Source: Escherichia phage vB_EcoM_LMP33. From it: a DNA stretch of 64,000 nt. The stretch is taken from sequence record MK482689.1; one strand, written 5' to 3'. Below are positions 1 through 10,196 of this stretch, one piece after another; the first letter of the stretch is position 1; each line of letters starts with the position of its first letter. The notes under the pieces are model-generated. The model saw only the letters and a program-made list of their open reading frames with translations. It searched no databases and was not told the origin of the DNA. A program made the position numbers and the translations under genes.

Positions 1-1786
1 CAGAGACGACGTTAGTACCTTCTTCACAAATCCACACTGCCCTCATTGGTTCCCCATAGACAGCAGCACCAGACGGTACGTTTACAATACCATATTGTGT
101 CATACGTCCAGTTGAAGTACCAAACACCATTGCACCAGCACTAAGGCGACCATCAGGACGAATCTGGTTCAACCAACCTTTTTCATCATCCTTTGAGTTC
201 TCAATAGTTCTACGTCGGTGCATCAAAGTATAGTATTTAGCAATCTTCTGTCCAAGCTCGCCTTCAATCGTATCATAAGATGATTCAGTAAGTTTTGGTG
301 AAGTACGGATTAAGCAAGGCTCAAGCAAATCTGTGTACTTCTTCACAGACCAGTTATGCTCAATGTACTGGACACCTTCATGTTCAACATAACTCAAGCC
401 ACACCGTTCAACCATCTCCTGCCACTTAGGATGCTTTGTAATCATCTTTTTGTTGTCTTTGAAACGACAAACTTTGACAGGGCGACCATCTGAGTCTTTC
501 TTGTAGTTCCAGTCATCTGGAATCCAACCAACTGATTTCAAGTAGTCTTTAACAACTGCTACCTGAGTCATACGAGAAACTTCGAACTCAATTGGTGTAT
601 ATGGTGCATCAATCAAACCTGTATAGCGACTTGACTCAAGTTCAAAGTGGTTAACAACATGACTGTTGTAGTACTTCACAGTTTTGACTGTTTTTACTGG
701 CTTCCAGTCTTTGCATTTCTTACCAATCTTTGCATTCAACTCATTGCAAATTGCACGAGCATCCTTCATTGCTACAAAGCCTTCCTTGTACTCTTCACCA
801 GTTACAGAGTTGGTTGGTGTATAGCAATTTCTCTTTTCAATGTTAAAAATCTTTGTAGTTGGCTTACCAAATGGCTTGATTTCATATGTCTGCATCTCAC
901 CGTTACGTACCTGCTGACGGTACTTTGTCTTAGGGTACTTGGTAATTCTCTTCAGTCCATCTGCATGACCGAACGATTCAACATACTCATTCCAAGCTTT
1001 TGCAAACTCTTCTCCAGTGACTTTACCTTTAGTCTTAATAGTTGGAGGTAGATGTGGTTCAACCTCTGAAGCAAGCTCATTAGTCAACTTGTCAAGTTCC
1101 TTTACATGGAACTCCATAAGCTCTTTATCAGCTTTCCAGCCATTGATAGCTTGTTGACTCATCCAGAAAGATGTTTCTTTAGCTCGCATGTAGGTTTCAT
1201 AAGTGTCTATGCCACACTTCTTAAGCTTGAGATATTCATTATCAAGTGCCCGTTTAGTTTTGGCGTTAATACGGATATCTTCTACAACACGAGTGAAGAT
1301 TTCTGCATTCCACACACCCCAATGTTCAATCTCTGGTTTACGAACACCAACACGAGCACCCCATGCAGCCAAACCATGAGCACCTTTATAACCCTTTGGA
1401 GTTGGTCTATCCATCCACTGAACACGAGACTGGATAAGAGAATCCTGAAAGAAATTACTCCACGGTTTACACTTTGGATTATCAAAGTTCCATAAATCAG
1501 GTGCAATGTGATTGAAAACCCACCAGTCATAACCGAGGCCGTTATGGATGCAAAGTCGTTTTGCCTTTAACGCAAACTCAACACCTTCACGTAAACCACC
1601 CTTGATGTACTTAGTGTACTTGTGACCGAGGATAGGCTCATCTGTAAAGACCCATACAGGTGGCTCTTCATCGTCAGATTTATAGTCTGCGAAAGCCATT
1701 ACGTGCACTTTAGTGAACTCAAGGAGTAAACCATCAGTTTCTGTATCACCAACTAAATGTAAGTTTTTAAAATCTACGTTTTCCAT
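1..1786 (-). CDS. DNA polymerase, family A (T7 gp5-like), N-terminal exonuclease domain plus start of polymerase domain; partial, continues beyond window start
   Basis: Minus-strand ORF from ATG (plus-strand CAT at 1784-1786) with upstream GAGGGAG RBS and no stop before the window edge. Translation has DTETDG (Exo I), HNGLGYDWWVF (Exo II-like) and segments resembling T7 gp5 (GAHGLAAWGARVG; PDGRLSAGAMVFGTSTGRMT). Confidence 0.85.
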   Translation of the reverse strand, partial: MENVDFKNLHLVGDTETDGLLLEFTKVHVMAFADYKSDDEEPPVWVFTDEPILGHKYTKYIKGGLREGVEFALKAKRLCIHNGLGYDWWVFNHIAPDLWNFDNPKCKPWSNFFQDSLIQSRVQWMDRPTPKGYKGAHGLAAWGARVGVRKPEIEHWGVWNAEIFTRVVEDIRINAKTKRALDNEYLKLKKCGIDTYETYMRAKETSFWMSQQAINGWKADKELMEFHVKELDKLTNELASEVEPHLPPTIKTKGKVTGEEFAKAWNEYVESFGHADGLKRITKYPKTKYRQQVRNGEMQTYEIKPFGKPTTKIFNIEKRNCYTPTNSVTGEEYKEGFVAMKDARAICNELNAKIGKKCKDWKPVKTVKTVKYYNSHVVNHFELESSRYTGLIDAPYTPIEFEVSRMTQVAVVKDYLKSVGWIPDDWNYKKDSDGRPVKVCRFKDNKKMITKHPKWQEMVERCGLSYVEHEGVQYIEHNWSVKKYTDLLEPCLIRTSPKLTESSYDTIEGELGQKIAKYYTLMHRRRTIENSKDDEKGWLNQIRPDGRLSAGAMVFGTSTGRMTQYGIVNVPSGAAVYGEPMRAVWICEEGTNVVS

Positions 1787-1845
1787 TTTTACTCCCTCTA
1801 AAATCATTAACCTCATACATTACTGCAAAAAATTATAAAAAGCAA

Positions 1846-1871
1846 GTTGACAATGTACTTGACAAGGTGTT
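1846..1871. promoter_or_regulatory. conserved 24-bp dual-TTGACA motif (TTGACAATGTACTTGACAAGGTGT), copy 1
   Basis: In the divergent intergenic region between the DNA polymerase gene and the plus-strand cluster; near-identical copy at 47687-47710. Confidence 0.5.
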
Positions 1872-2043
1872 AATCTTTGCGAAGTGGGTTTTTACTTAAA
1901 AGGTTACTTAACAGTTTAACTATACAGATACTTTAAAACTCTTAAAAGATTATTTAATAGCTTTTAAAAAGCTTTAAAGTATAACGTATAGAATACGTTA
2001 AGATAAAAGATTAAAACTTAATAGTTACTTAAAAGAGGCTTAC

Positions 2044-2466
2044 ATGCAGAAAATGTTTGTTCACCCAGACATAGCTGACTTTGTTAGAGCTTTGCAGAAG
2101 TTGGAAGAACTTGACATTGCTGCTCAACGGGAATATGCTCACCATCACAGGAGAATGGTTGATATACAACATGAAATAGAGTTGTCTGAAAACTATGAAG
2201 ATGACTTAAAATGCTCTGTATTTGAGCATATGAAAGATGTTGCTACAGCGAGACGTAAAGCTAAAGACACAGTTGCTTTACTAGATTCTCTTAAAAAGAG
2301 GTTGCAAAGTGGTACAGACCTGTGTAATCTAGCGTCACTGATTAATGATGTTGAAACTTCTTGGGATAGACATTACTATCCACGTTCTGAAAAGACACTT
2401 GACTTTTCTTCATCCGAAAACTTAAAATGTTCTAGAAAGAAACTTAACCAACTGAGAGAGAAATAA
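2044..2466 (+). CDS. hypothetical protein
   Basis: 140-aa ORF, first gene after divergent promoter region; no recognisable motif. Confidence 0.4.
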   Translation: MQKMFVHPDIADFVRALQKLEELDIAAQREYAHHHRRMVDIQHEIELSENYEDDLKCSVFEHMKDVATARRKAKDTVALLDSLKKRLQSGTDLCNLASLINDVETSWDRHYYPRSEKTLDFSSSENLKCSRKKLNQLREK

Positions 2467-2467
2467 T

Positions 2468-3280
2468 ATGAATACTACTGTAGACCAGATGCTTGAAGAA
2501 AAAGGTATTGACGAAGCATTCTTAATCAATGCCGTAGAAAGCATGGCTATGATTCTTCGTGGAAACAACTACACAGAACAGTTTATGCCTGCAAGCTATA
2601 ACCTGCCTAAAGACAAGTCTGATAACGGTGCTTTTGCAGAACAGGTTAATATGATGCTGTGTGACAAAACACTTGCTTTAGCATCTATTGTTGTAGGTGT
2701 TGATGCTCTTGCAGAGTTCATTTTTTATGAGATGCAGAAAAATGACTATATTGCCATGACCTCTGAAGAAAAAGACTCGCTACTGCTCTTAGATAATAAT
2801 GAGCTAGTTGACCTGTTAATTTCGTCAACGAGTGCTGTTATGGCTGCTCTTGAGAAGCGAATGGAAGAGAAGCTGTCACGATATGAAAAGCTTGATTGGG
2901 GTGTAGAGGAATTAAACCCACGAATCAAAGAGATTATCCAGCAAACCAAAGATTCTCTAGAAGAAGCTGTGAAAGATGATTCTGTAGCTGATGTAGAACC
3001 ACTTCAGGTGAAAGTTGCATTGATGATTCCAGCCATCTCTACGATGATGAATATCGTTGCACTAATCCAGCTTTCACAGATGATGGGCACAAGCATTGAG
3101 TTCATTGAGAGTATGACTGGTGGTGTGAGTATGCAAGCAATCAATGATGTTCTGGTGAGCATTGGTGCTTCAATCATTGAAGAGAAGCTGCGCATTAACT
3201 TTGGTGATGATTTTGTGAAGCAAATCTCAGCTATGGCTGAAAAAGAGTATTCACAGACTAATACTGACCAACTGCACTAA
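2468..3280 (+). CDS. hypothetical protein
   Basis: 270-aa ORF tightly coupled to upstream ORF; followed by hairpin plus T-run terminator. Confidence 0.45.
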   Translation: MNTTVDQMLEEKGIDEAFLINAVESMAMILRGNNYTEQFMPASYNLPKDKSDNGAFAEQVNMMLCDKTLALASIVVGVDALAEFIFYEMQKNDYIAMTSEEKDSLLLLDNNELVDLLISSTSAVMAALEKRMEEKLSRYEKLDWGVEELNPRIKEIIQQTKDSLEEAVKDDSVADVEPLQVKVALMIPAISTMMNIVALIQLSQMMGTSIEFIESMTGGVSMQAINDVLVSIGASIIEEKLRINFGDDFVKQISAMAEKEYSQTNTDQLH

Positions 3281-3300
3281 GTCTTTATAAAAACTTACAA

Positions 3301-3323
3301 GCCTCCTTAGTTGGGGGCTTTTT
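3301..3323 (+). terminator. intrinsic terminator (GCCTCC..GGGGGC hairpin + TTTTT)
   Basis: GC hairpin followed by T-run immediately after stop of 2468..3280. Confidence 0.5.
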
Positions 3324-3342
3324 AGTAATTAAGGGAGATAGA

Positions 3343-4086
3343 ATGAGTAATATTATCGCATTTACTGGAAAGGCGCGTTCTGGAAAAGACACCTCATGTT
3401 CTATTGTTAAGAATATTCTAGAAGATGAGTATGGCTACAATGTTGCAGTAATGGCCTATGCAGACAACCTTAAACTCTCTGCATCAAAGATATTTGACTT
3501 GACTTGGAATGACCTGTACGGTGAAACTAAAGAGACTCCACAGGTTTTTGATTTATCATACCCTGAACTGATGTTCAAAGTCACAGAAGCTATGGAGTTT
3601 ACTTTCAGAGGTGAACGTTATCATACGGACTTTAAACTTATGTCAGAGTTAACCGGACGACTGATTATGGAACTAAAGAAGGTTGCTAAACCAACTTTAT
3701 TAACACGTCTGGGGTTTAGTAAAAAGTATAAATTCTCATCAAGACAGGTTCAACAGATTTGGGGTACTGAAGTTATCCGTAAAGTTATGGGTGACAAATT
3801 CTGGGCTAAAGACCTCGAAAAACGAATGGCAAATTTCTTTGACGTTTGCTCACTTAAGAATCAATACGGTGTTGTTTTAATCAGTGACTTAAGGTTTGAC
3901 TCTGAAGCTGAGTGGCTGAGCAGATTTGCACACCAAACTATCGAAGTAAAAAGAGACAATGTGGATAAGGTTTCGTCACATGTTTCAGAAAATGGGATTT
4001 CTACCAAATATGCGCGTGACATTATTCATAATAATGGTACTCTTGCAGACCTTGAGAACAAGCTAAGAGCCATCATTAAAGTTTAA
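3343..4086 (+). CDS. deoxynucleoside monophosphate kinase (T4 gp1-like)
   Basis: N-terminal P-loop FTGKARSGKDT resembling T4 dNMP kinase SGVKRSGKDT; length about 247 aa; sits in the nucleotide-metabolism module. Confidence 0.55.
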   Translation: MSNIIAFTGKARSGKDTSCSIVKNILEDEYGYNVAVMAYADNLKLSASKIFDLTWNDLYGETKETPQVFDLSYPELMFKVTEAMEFTFRGERYHTDFKLMSELTGRLIMELKKVAKPTLLTRLGFSKKYKFSSRQVQQIWGTEVIRKVMGDKFWAKDLEKRMANFFDVCSLKNQYGVVLISDLRFDSEAEWLSRFAHQTIEVKRDNVDKVSSHVSENGISTKYARDIIHNNGTLADLENKLRAIIKV

Positions 4087-4094
4087 AAGAGAGA

Positions 4095-4295
4095 ATGAAG
4101 ATGAGAGTAAAAGACAATTTTAAAGTTATTGACCACCGTTTAGTGGAACTCTCATCTCTTTCCAATGAGGTAATGATTGAACGTCTTAAGAGAGTTGAAT
4201 CAAGAAGGAAAGAGATTGCAGATGAAATTCATGAACTGGACAAGATTGAAAATGGATTGAAGGCAGAACTACAACGAAGAGGTGCTAATGTCTAA
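4095..4295 (+). CDS. hypothetical small protein
   Basis: 66-aa charged ORF overlapping start of primase-helicase. Confidence 0.3.
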   Translation: MKMRVKDNFKVIDHRLVELSSLSNEVMIERLKRVESRRKEIADEIHELDKIENGLKAELQRRGANV

Positions 4296-6273
4296 AGGTC
4301 GTAAATTGAAAGAGGCTGGTCAGTTTGTTGGTCATTGCGCATGTCCACGTTGTGGTTCATCAGATGCTGGTTCAATCTATCATCATGACGATGGTTCTTA
4401 TTCAATGACTTGCTTTAGTTGTAACAAAGGTTTCCCAGAGTGGGATTTTGATAAAGGACAAATCGTGAGCACTTATTCTACTGGTTCAGACAATAAAAAC
4501 CGTACTTTCCGTGGAATGGATTTAGACGATGTGAAAGAAAACCTTGAAGCAATGGACTTAAAGGACAGGAAGATTCCTGCAAAAGTTCTTGAGCGTTTGG
4601 GTATCAAGGTTGACATTGACAGTGATGGTGAAATTGACGCGCATTTCTACCCAACTTACAAACGCAATGAAGATGGCAAGCTAGAGCATGTTGGCTACCG
4701 TGTTCGTCACCGTTACCCAGAAGACCATCCAAAAGAGCACCTACGAGGTAAGTTAAAAGACTTTTCTGGTGGTGTTGGAGACATTAAAGGTGAACTGGCA
4801 ATGTTCGGTTCATGGATTGCTCCAGAAGGTGGTAACCGTCTATTCATCTGGGAAGGTGAGATGGAATGTGCGACAGCAATCTATATGACTTCTCTTGCGA
4901 TTAAGGACAAATCTCGTCGTAAGAATTACTGTCACGTATCTGTTCCATCAGGTGCAAACATCAAGTCTATCAAAGATAACTATCAGTACATTACATCATT
5001 TGATGAGATTTACTTGTGCTTTGATAACGATGAAGCAGGTGCTAAAGCCACTAAAGAGGCTGCTGGTATCCTACCTATTGAGAAGGTTCGTTTATTCCAG
5101 TATCCAGAAGGCGTAAAAGACCTTAACGAGTGGTGGACAAAGTTCTATAAAGAGAAAGATACAGTTCTGGAAGGATTTAAGCAGCGTATCTACAATGCAC
5201 CTCGTTACTGTCCTGCTGGTATCAAGAACTTTGCAGATGGTTTTGAGGCAATGAAGAATCGTGGTCAGATTCCATTGATTCCTTTCCCAGAATCTTTCGG
5301 AGATTTGAACAGGCTGACTTATGGTGGTTACGGTTTAGGTGAGATTACAACTATTGCAGCACCATCTTCAGTAGGTAAGTCAGCTTACACTCGTGAGATG
5401 ATTTACTCAGCTTGGAAAGAAACTGATTATAATATCGGTGTAATTCCTGTAGAAGATACCTATGAAGAGTTGATGGAGATGCTCTGTGCAATCCACCTGA
5501 GCAAGCAGATTTCTGAGATTCCTTATGATGAACGGGATTGGGATGAATTAAAAGGAGCACACGCAGAACTATCTAAAGGCCGTCGTATCCATATCGTTGA
5601 CCATCAAGGGGCAATTGACCAAGATAACCTGCTAGAGTTTGTTGACTATCTTGTTAACAGTTTAGACTGTAAGATTATCATTCTTGACCCTATCACGTTA
5701 GCCCTGTCACGTTCTGATACGGATGAAGAAGAAGTTTTGTCTGAGCTATTGCGTCGTTGCAAACGCTACCAGTATGCGCAGGTAAACGTATGTCACGTTC
5801 GTAAGAGTGCAGGTGGTCAGAAAGCTAACTCTGAAGGTGGAGATATCTCTGAAGAGGATATCAAAGGTTCTGGTGCGTATTTTCAGATTTCTATGAATAA
5901 CATTCTGTTAATGCGTAACAAGGTTGACCCAGACCCAGTTAAGAAAAACTTGACAAAAATCAAGTTAACTAAGTGTCGTCGTCATGGTAAGTCAACTGGT
6001 ATTGCTGGTCATACTTGGTACAATCCAGATACAGGACGTCTCATCAAAGCATCTGGTTGTGGAGTTGACATTGATGGTGCAGCAGAAAACATTCGCCAGC
6101 AGTTTGGTATTGGTGAAGCTGAAGACCATTATGATGACTCTTTGCCACATTATGAGGATGAAGTGTTTGACCGTGAGACTGGTGAAGTCTATACTGAAGA
6201 GCAGCGTCAAAGCTCAACGATTCCACCTGTATTAAGTGAGGATGCAGATGACTGCCCGTTCGAAACTGAGTGA
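4282..6273 (+). CDS. DNA primase-helicase (T7 gp4-like: zinc finger + TOPRIM + DnaB-like helicase)
   Basis: N-terminal CxxC..CxxC zinc ribbon (CACPRCG...CFSCNKG), TOPRIM-like EGEMECATA and FDNDEAG, Walker A GLGEITTIAAPSSVGKSAYT in the helicase domain. Confidence 0.85.
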   Translation: MLMSKGRKLKEAGQFVGHCACPRCGSSDAGSIYHHDDGSYSMTCFSCNKGFPEWDFDKGQIVSTYSTGSDNKNRTFRGMDLDDVKENLEAMDLKDRKIPAKVLERLGIKVDIDSDGEIDAHFYPTYKRNEDGKLEHVGYRVRHRYPEDHPKEHLRGKLKDFSGGVGDIKGELAMFGSWIAPEGGNRLFIWEGEMECATAIYMTSLAIKDKSRRKNYCHVSVPSGANIKSIKDNYQYITSFDEIYLCFDNDEAGAKATKEAAGILPIEKVRLFQYPEGVKDLNEWWTKFYKEKDTVLEGFKQRIYNAPRYCPAGIKNFADGFEAMKNRGQIPLIPFPESFGDLNRLTYGGYGLGEITTIAAPSSVGKSAYTREMIYSAWKETDYNIGVIPVEDTYEELMEMLCAIHLSKQISEIPYDERDWDELKGAHAELSKGRRIHIVDHQGAIDQDNLLEFVDYLVNSLDCKIIILDPITLALSRSDTDEEEVLSELLRRCKRYQYAQVNVCHVRKSAGGQKANSEGGDISEEDIKGSGAYFQISMNNILLMRNKVDPDPVKKNLTKIKLTKCRRHGKSTGIAGHTWYNPDTGRLIKASGCGVDIDGAAENIRQQFGIGEAEDHYDDSLPHYEDEVFDRETGEVYTEEQRQSSTIPPVLSEDADDCPFETE

Positions 6274-6526
6274 TAGCTATAAAAGAGAGGGGTTCACACC
6301 CTTCTTTGAAGAAAAAAGTTTAAATAAATTTCAGGAAGAGTGTTTGACAAAGGTTGATAGGTTCTATAGAATGCTCTACATGAAATGTGATGGAGGTGTT
6401 GAGGTAGAAGAAAAGTTCCATCACAGTATTATCACAGTCACTATTACTATACCTGAACATAATATTGGTTGGCTGTTTGTAATAAAAGAAAATGTGTTTG
6501 AATATCAAGTATATCGGAGAATATCA

Positions 6527-6676
6527 TGAAACACTCTAAAGCATTTGAAAAAGTTTTTGGGGATTCCTTAAAAGCCACTGCTGGAAAACCAGCAAAATAC
6601 TATGAAGAGAAGCGTGTAAGAACTGGAAAAACTGCACGTAAAGCAGCTTCTAAAGATAAGCACAACTTCCAGTAAT
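6527..6676 (+). CDS. hypothetical small basic protein (49 aa)
   Basis: ATG..TAA ORF (MKHSKAFEKVFGDSLKATAGKPAKYYEEKRVRTGKTARKAASKDKHNFQ) in the gap between primase-helicase and SSB; below the 60-aa track cutoff. Confidence 0.2.
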
Positions 6677-6682
6677 TAATAT

Positions 6683-6711
6683 TTGACAATAGAGTATCAA
6701 CAAATTAGAAT
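6683..6711 (+). promoter_or_regulatory. sigma70-like promoter (TTGACA-N17-TAGAAT)
   Basis: TTGACA at 6683-6688, 17-nt spacer, TAGAAT at 6706-6711, upstream of SSB gene. Confidence 0.45.
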
Positions 6712-6747
6712 TGGTACTCTTCATAAATTGAGATAGAGGTTTAAATA

Positions 6748-7605
6748 ATGTCTAAAGTTGTTAAAATGAAAGCTCCGGTAGAGAAGTACAACGGTACTGA
6801 ACGTCAAACTCTGCGTTACCTTCTGAAAGATGTCTGGTTTTATTACCTGAACACTTCACCACGTCCGGGAAAAGGCAAGTCCATTGATAAGAAATTCCCA
6901 GGCAAAGACTGTAACTACAGCGTTTCAATTCTGGCAGAAGATGGTAACAAGCTGTTTAAAGAGTTTACTAAGTCTAAGAAAAACCCAGAAGGTTGGGATA
7001 AAGTTACCACTGAAGCAGTTGATGCAGATGACTTCGAAGAGAAGTTTGGTTGCAAACCACCATTTGAAGCAGACACTTACTACATCTTGAAAGTAAGTCG
7101 TGCAGCAGCTTATAAAGATGGTGCTGTATGGACAGCTAAACAGTCATTCCCTGTAATGCTGATTGAAGAAGTAAATGGTAAGCGTGTAGCTGTTAAGCAG
7201 CCGATGAAGAAAATCAAAGCTCAAGCATCTGACAAACATGAAGATGATAAGAACTATGATGTAATTCATCCAGATATTGCAGTTGGTAACGGTTCTTTTG
7301 GTAGTGTGATTCTTTCTACTCACTTCTACACTTTTGAGAACAATGTCTTGACAAAGCCTATTCAGGAACAGTTTATCATTGATACTCTTGTACCTTACAC
7401 TGGTGGTAACGGTGCTAACGGTGAACCTGAACTGGATGAAGATGAACTGGCTATGCTTGGTCTTGATGGTGTCGAAGATAACGGTGAAATCACTGAAGAA
7501 GACGCAACAGACCATAAATCTTCGAATGATTCTGATGATGGTGACGATGAAGACTTGCCAGACCCAGATGACGAAGAAGATGAAGACTTCGATACAGAAG
7601 ACTAA
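6748..7605 (+). CDS. single-stranded DNA-binding protein (T7 gp2.5-like, acidic C-terminal tail)
   Basis: 285-aa ORF ending in a strongly acidic tail (DDGDDEDLPDPDDEEDEDFDTED) with aromatic residue; located between primase-helicase and exonuclease as in T7-like replication modules. Confidence 0.5.
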   Translation: MSKVVKMKAPVEKYNGTERQTLRYLLKDVWFYYLNTSPRPGKGKSIDKKFPGKDCNYSVSILAEDGNKLFKEFTKSKKNPEGWDKVTTEAVDADDFEEKFGCKPPFEADTYYILKVSRAAAYKDGAVWTAKQSFPVMLIEEVNGKRVAVKQPMKKIKAQASDKHEDDKNYDVIHPDIAVGNGSFGSVILSTHFYTFENNVLTKPIQEQFIIDTLVPYTGGNGANGEPELDEDELAMLGLDGVEDNGEITEEDATDHKSSNDSDDGDDEDLPDPDDEEDEDFDTED

Positions 7606-7623
7606 TCTCTAAAAGTTACTTTA

Positions 7624-7651
7624 AAGCCCTGTACTTAGTATGGGGCTTTTT
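7624..7651 (+). terminator. putative intrinsic terminator
   Basis: AAGCCC..GGGCTT hairpin followed by TTTTT after SSB stop. Confidence 0.4.
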
Positions 7652-7667
7652 CATATGGAGAGCCATA

Positions 7668-8708
7668 ATGGAGAAGTACACATTAACAAAGCTTCCCGAT
7701 TCAGTTACACATGTCTTTATTGACTCTGACAGCATTGCCTATAAAGGTGCTTGTGTAGTTGAGAAAGCAAAGTATAAATACGTTAATAAGCTCACAGCAG
7801 AAGAATCTGAATCATTTGATAATGCAAAAGATGCTGCAAGATGGTTAGCAGACCAGAGAATCCTTGTAGAAGAGCTTGGCCTAGCATTTGATGAAGATGA
7901 ATGGGAAAGACAGACTTGGAAAGAAGCTAAGAGTGAAAAAGAAGCTATCATGGCTACTCAGCAGGTTCTTCAGGAATGGCTTAAGGTTGTTGGTAAAGAA
8001 AGAACTTGGGTAGGTTATTTAACAGAGAAGGGTGTGCATAAACATAAAGATGTGAAAGGTCTTGAGCACCAATATCAAGGTAACCGTAAAGATGCTGTCA
8101 CACCAACACATTTAGTCGCTTGTCGTGAGTATCTTCTGTCAAGACCAGAGTTCAAACTCTTAAAGGGAGGATTCGAAGCCGATTCAATTGTAATTGCTAA
8201 AGCTGAAAAGATGGGTAAGAAGGCTGCTCTCATGAGTATTGACAAAGACCTTCGACAAGCTGAAGGGACTTATTGTATTGATATGACTTATGAAAAGTCA
8301 CCACTAATTTTTATTGCTGATAATAATGTTGGTGATATCTGGGATTGTCCTATCAAATCAAAACCAAAAGCTGCAAAAACAGTTGGTGTAGGTTTTAAAT
8401 TTTTGTGTTATCAGGCTGTTGCTGGAGATAATGCAGACAACTACTTCGGCCTTAAAGGTGCTGGTAAAGTAGCTGTGATGAATGCTTTAGAGGGTAAAGA
8501 GACCTATAAAGAGTGTCTTGATGCTATCTATGAACTCTATGCTAAAAAAGACTCTTACACCTATGTATCATGGGATGGACAGACTGTTACCAAAACACCA
8601 TTAGAGTTAATGGAACAGCATTTCTGGATAGCATATCAAGAGAGAAATCCAAAAGACAATTTCTCTTTCAAGAAATATAATTGGGAGCCGTGTATGAATG
8701 AAGATTAA
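7668..8708 (+). CDS. 5'-3' exonuclease (T7 gp6-like)
   Basis: Segments resembling T7 gene 6 exonuclease (MSIDKDLRQ cf. ISCDKDFKT; YQAVAGDNADNYFGLKGAG cf. FQTIKGDITDGYSGIAGWG). Confidence 0.6.
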   Translation: MEKYTLTKLPDSVTHVFIDSDSIAYKGACVVEKAKYKYVNKLTAEESESFDNAKDAARWLADQRILVEELGLAFDEDEWERQTWKEAKSEKEAIMATQQVLQEWLKVVGKERTWVGYLTEKGVHKHKDVKGLEHQYQGNRKDAVTPTHLVACREYLLSRPEFKLLKGGFEADSIVIAKAEKMGKKAALMSIDKDLRQAEGTYCIDMTYEKSPLIFIADNNVGDIWDCPIKSKPKAAKTVGVGFKFLCYQAVAGDNADNYFGLKGAGKVAVMNALEGKETYKECLDAIYELYAKKDSYTYVSWDGQTVTKTPLELMEQHFWIAYQERNPKDNFSFKKYNWEPCMNED

Positions 8709-9195
8709 AGGATTTGGCAATTGCCCTACCTACGGTCATTGGGTATCTTTATGTGGGGAAGTTGACCCCACTAAACATTTTGGCTTTGTCTATTTAGTGC
8801 ACTGTAAGAAGACTGGACAATATTATATCGGAAAGAAACAGCTTAACAGTGTGACAAAAAGAAAAGTTGCTGGGAAGACTCGGAAGAAGGTAGTCACTAA
8901 GGAGAGTGATTGGATGACTTACGAAACCTCTTCTGAGTATATTAAAAAAGATATTGAAAGCTTTGGAAAAGAATCTTTTGATTTTTACATTATTCAAACC
9001 TACTACACAAAAGGTGGTCTAGTCTATGGTGAAGCAAACCTTCAACATAAATTCGATGTAATGACAAAAAGGATTGACTCGAAGCTCAGGCTCTTCTACA
9101 ATGCCAATATTGCAGCAATTAAGTTTATTACTAAAGAAACTTATGAAGATGCTGAAAAAAGAATCCATAAGGTAATGAAAGCAAACTGTGCTTGA
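8698..9195 (+). CDS. GIY-YIG-like nuclease domain protein (putative)
   Basis: FGFVYLVHCKKTGQYYIGKK resembles the GIY-(x10)-YIG motif; basic stretch downstream. Confidence 0.3.
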   Translation: MKIKGFGNCPTYGHWVSLCGEVDPTKHFGFVYLVHCKKTGQYYIGKKQLNSVTKRKVAGKTRKKVVTKESDWMTYETSSEYIKKDIESFGKESFDFYIIQTYYTKGGLVYGEANLQHKFDVMTKRIDSKLRLFYNANIAAIKFITKETYEDAEKRIHKVMKANCA

Positions 9196-9201
9196 TAACT
9201 A

Positions 9202-9465
9202 TTGAGAGAGAATAAAATGTTTAACAAAAGTAAAGCTGTGAGTCATGTAGCAAAAGTTGACAGCAAGATTGAAGAACTTGAGCGCATTCTTGCAAATGCC
9301 AGAGAGTCAATAATTAAAGAGGTTGAAGCTGTTGAATCTCAAATGCAGCACCTAATGCTTAAACGTCAAGAGCTACGTGAACATCTGGAATATATTGAAA
9401 CACGAGAGCTAAAGGTTAACAGATATTTTAAGGAGTCCAAATGTTTAACTCAAGAGAATCAGTAA
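9202..9465 (+). CDS. hypothetical coiled-coil protein
   Basis: 87-aa charged, helical-looking ORF. Confidence 0.3.
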   Translation: MRENKMFNKSKAVSHVAKVDSKIEELERILANARESIIKEVEAVESQMQHLMLKRQELREHLEYIETRELKVNRYFKESKCLTQENQ

Positions 9466-10196
9466 AAAACTGGAATCTTCGTTGTGGAAACACTCAAAAG
9501 CAACCTTACAGTGATGAGTATTGGGAGTCTTTGAAATCTCAATCTCTATGTATGCTTGAAGAAGCAAAAGAGCTTGTAAAAGCAATTGAAGAGAAAGACC
9601 CCATTGAGACACTGGATGCTCAGGCAGATTTGCAATATGTTCTTGACGGTCTGATTTATCTGTCACAGCATGACCACAATGGCGCTATGGAAGCCGTTTG
9701 CCATAATAATGACCTGAAGTACACAGACGACTATGAAGAAGCTTTAAAACGTCTTGCAGATATTGAGAAGCGTACTGGTCAAGAGTGTATCATCAGAATG
9801 TCAGTAGTTGATGGTAAAGAGTGGTATGCAATTGTTCGCGCAGCCGATGGGAAGGTTATGAAGCAATCTAATCTCCCTAAAGTTCAGCTTGGTGAATACA
9901 TTGTAGAACTTGAAAGCCAAGAACTTTTTGTGGTAGTATCTGACACATGCGTTATCTGCAAAGGTATTGTATGTAGCTTAAAGGATTTGGGTGTAGATGG
10001 TTTTGTAGAAGTTAATCCAATTACCTCTAAAGCAGATAAAGACTTCTGTAAAGAGAATGGACTATGGATTGCAGATATTGTCTACTATGATGGTGAGCAG
10101 TTCCATGTAACCTCATACCCGAAACTGAATTATGATGCTAATAACCTGAAGTGCTGGTTAAAAGGGGTTGGTTATAATGGATTCACAGAACATTAA
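9441..10196 (+). CDS. MazG-like nucleotide pyrophosphohydrolase domain protein (putative)
   Basis: N-terminal EEAKELVKAIEEKDPIETLDAQADLQYVLDGL matches the EExxE..D..E..D helix pattern of MazG/HisE-type NTP pyrophosphohydrolases. Confidence 0.4.
   Translation: MFNSRESVKNWNLRCGNTQKQPYSDEYWESLKSQSLCMLEEAKELVKAIEEKDPIETLDAQADLQYVLDGLIYLSQHDHNGAMEAVCHNNDLKYTDDYEEALKRLADIEKRTGQECIIRMSVVDGKEWYAIVRAADGKVMKQSNLPKVQLGEYIVELESQELFVVVSDTCVICKGIVCSLKDLGVDGFVEVNPITSKADKDFCKENGLWIADIVYYDGEQFHVTSYPKLNYDANNLKCWLKGVGYNGFTEH

Noticed and set aside
647-1530. Track ORFs 647..1051(+), 1106..1495(+) and 1282..1530(-) inside the first 1.8 kb
   Set aside because: The minus-strand frame carrying the T7-like DNA polymerase is open through this whole region with clear motifs; the listed ORFs are antisense or out of frame and low-complexity.
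6236-6529. ORF 6236..6529 (+) overlapping the end of the primase-helicase gene
   Set aside because: Overlaps the last codons of the primase-helicase gene, Cys/His-poor low-complexity translation, no RBS; the small ORF at 6527..6676 is a better candidate for this gap.
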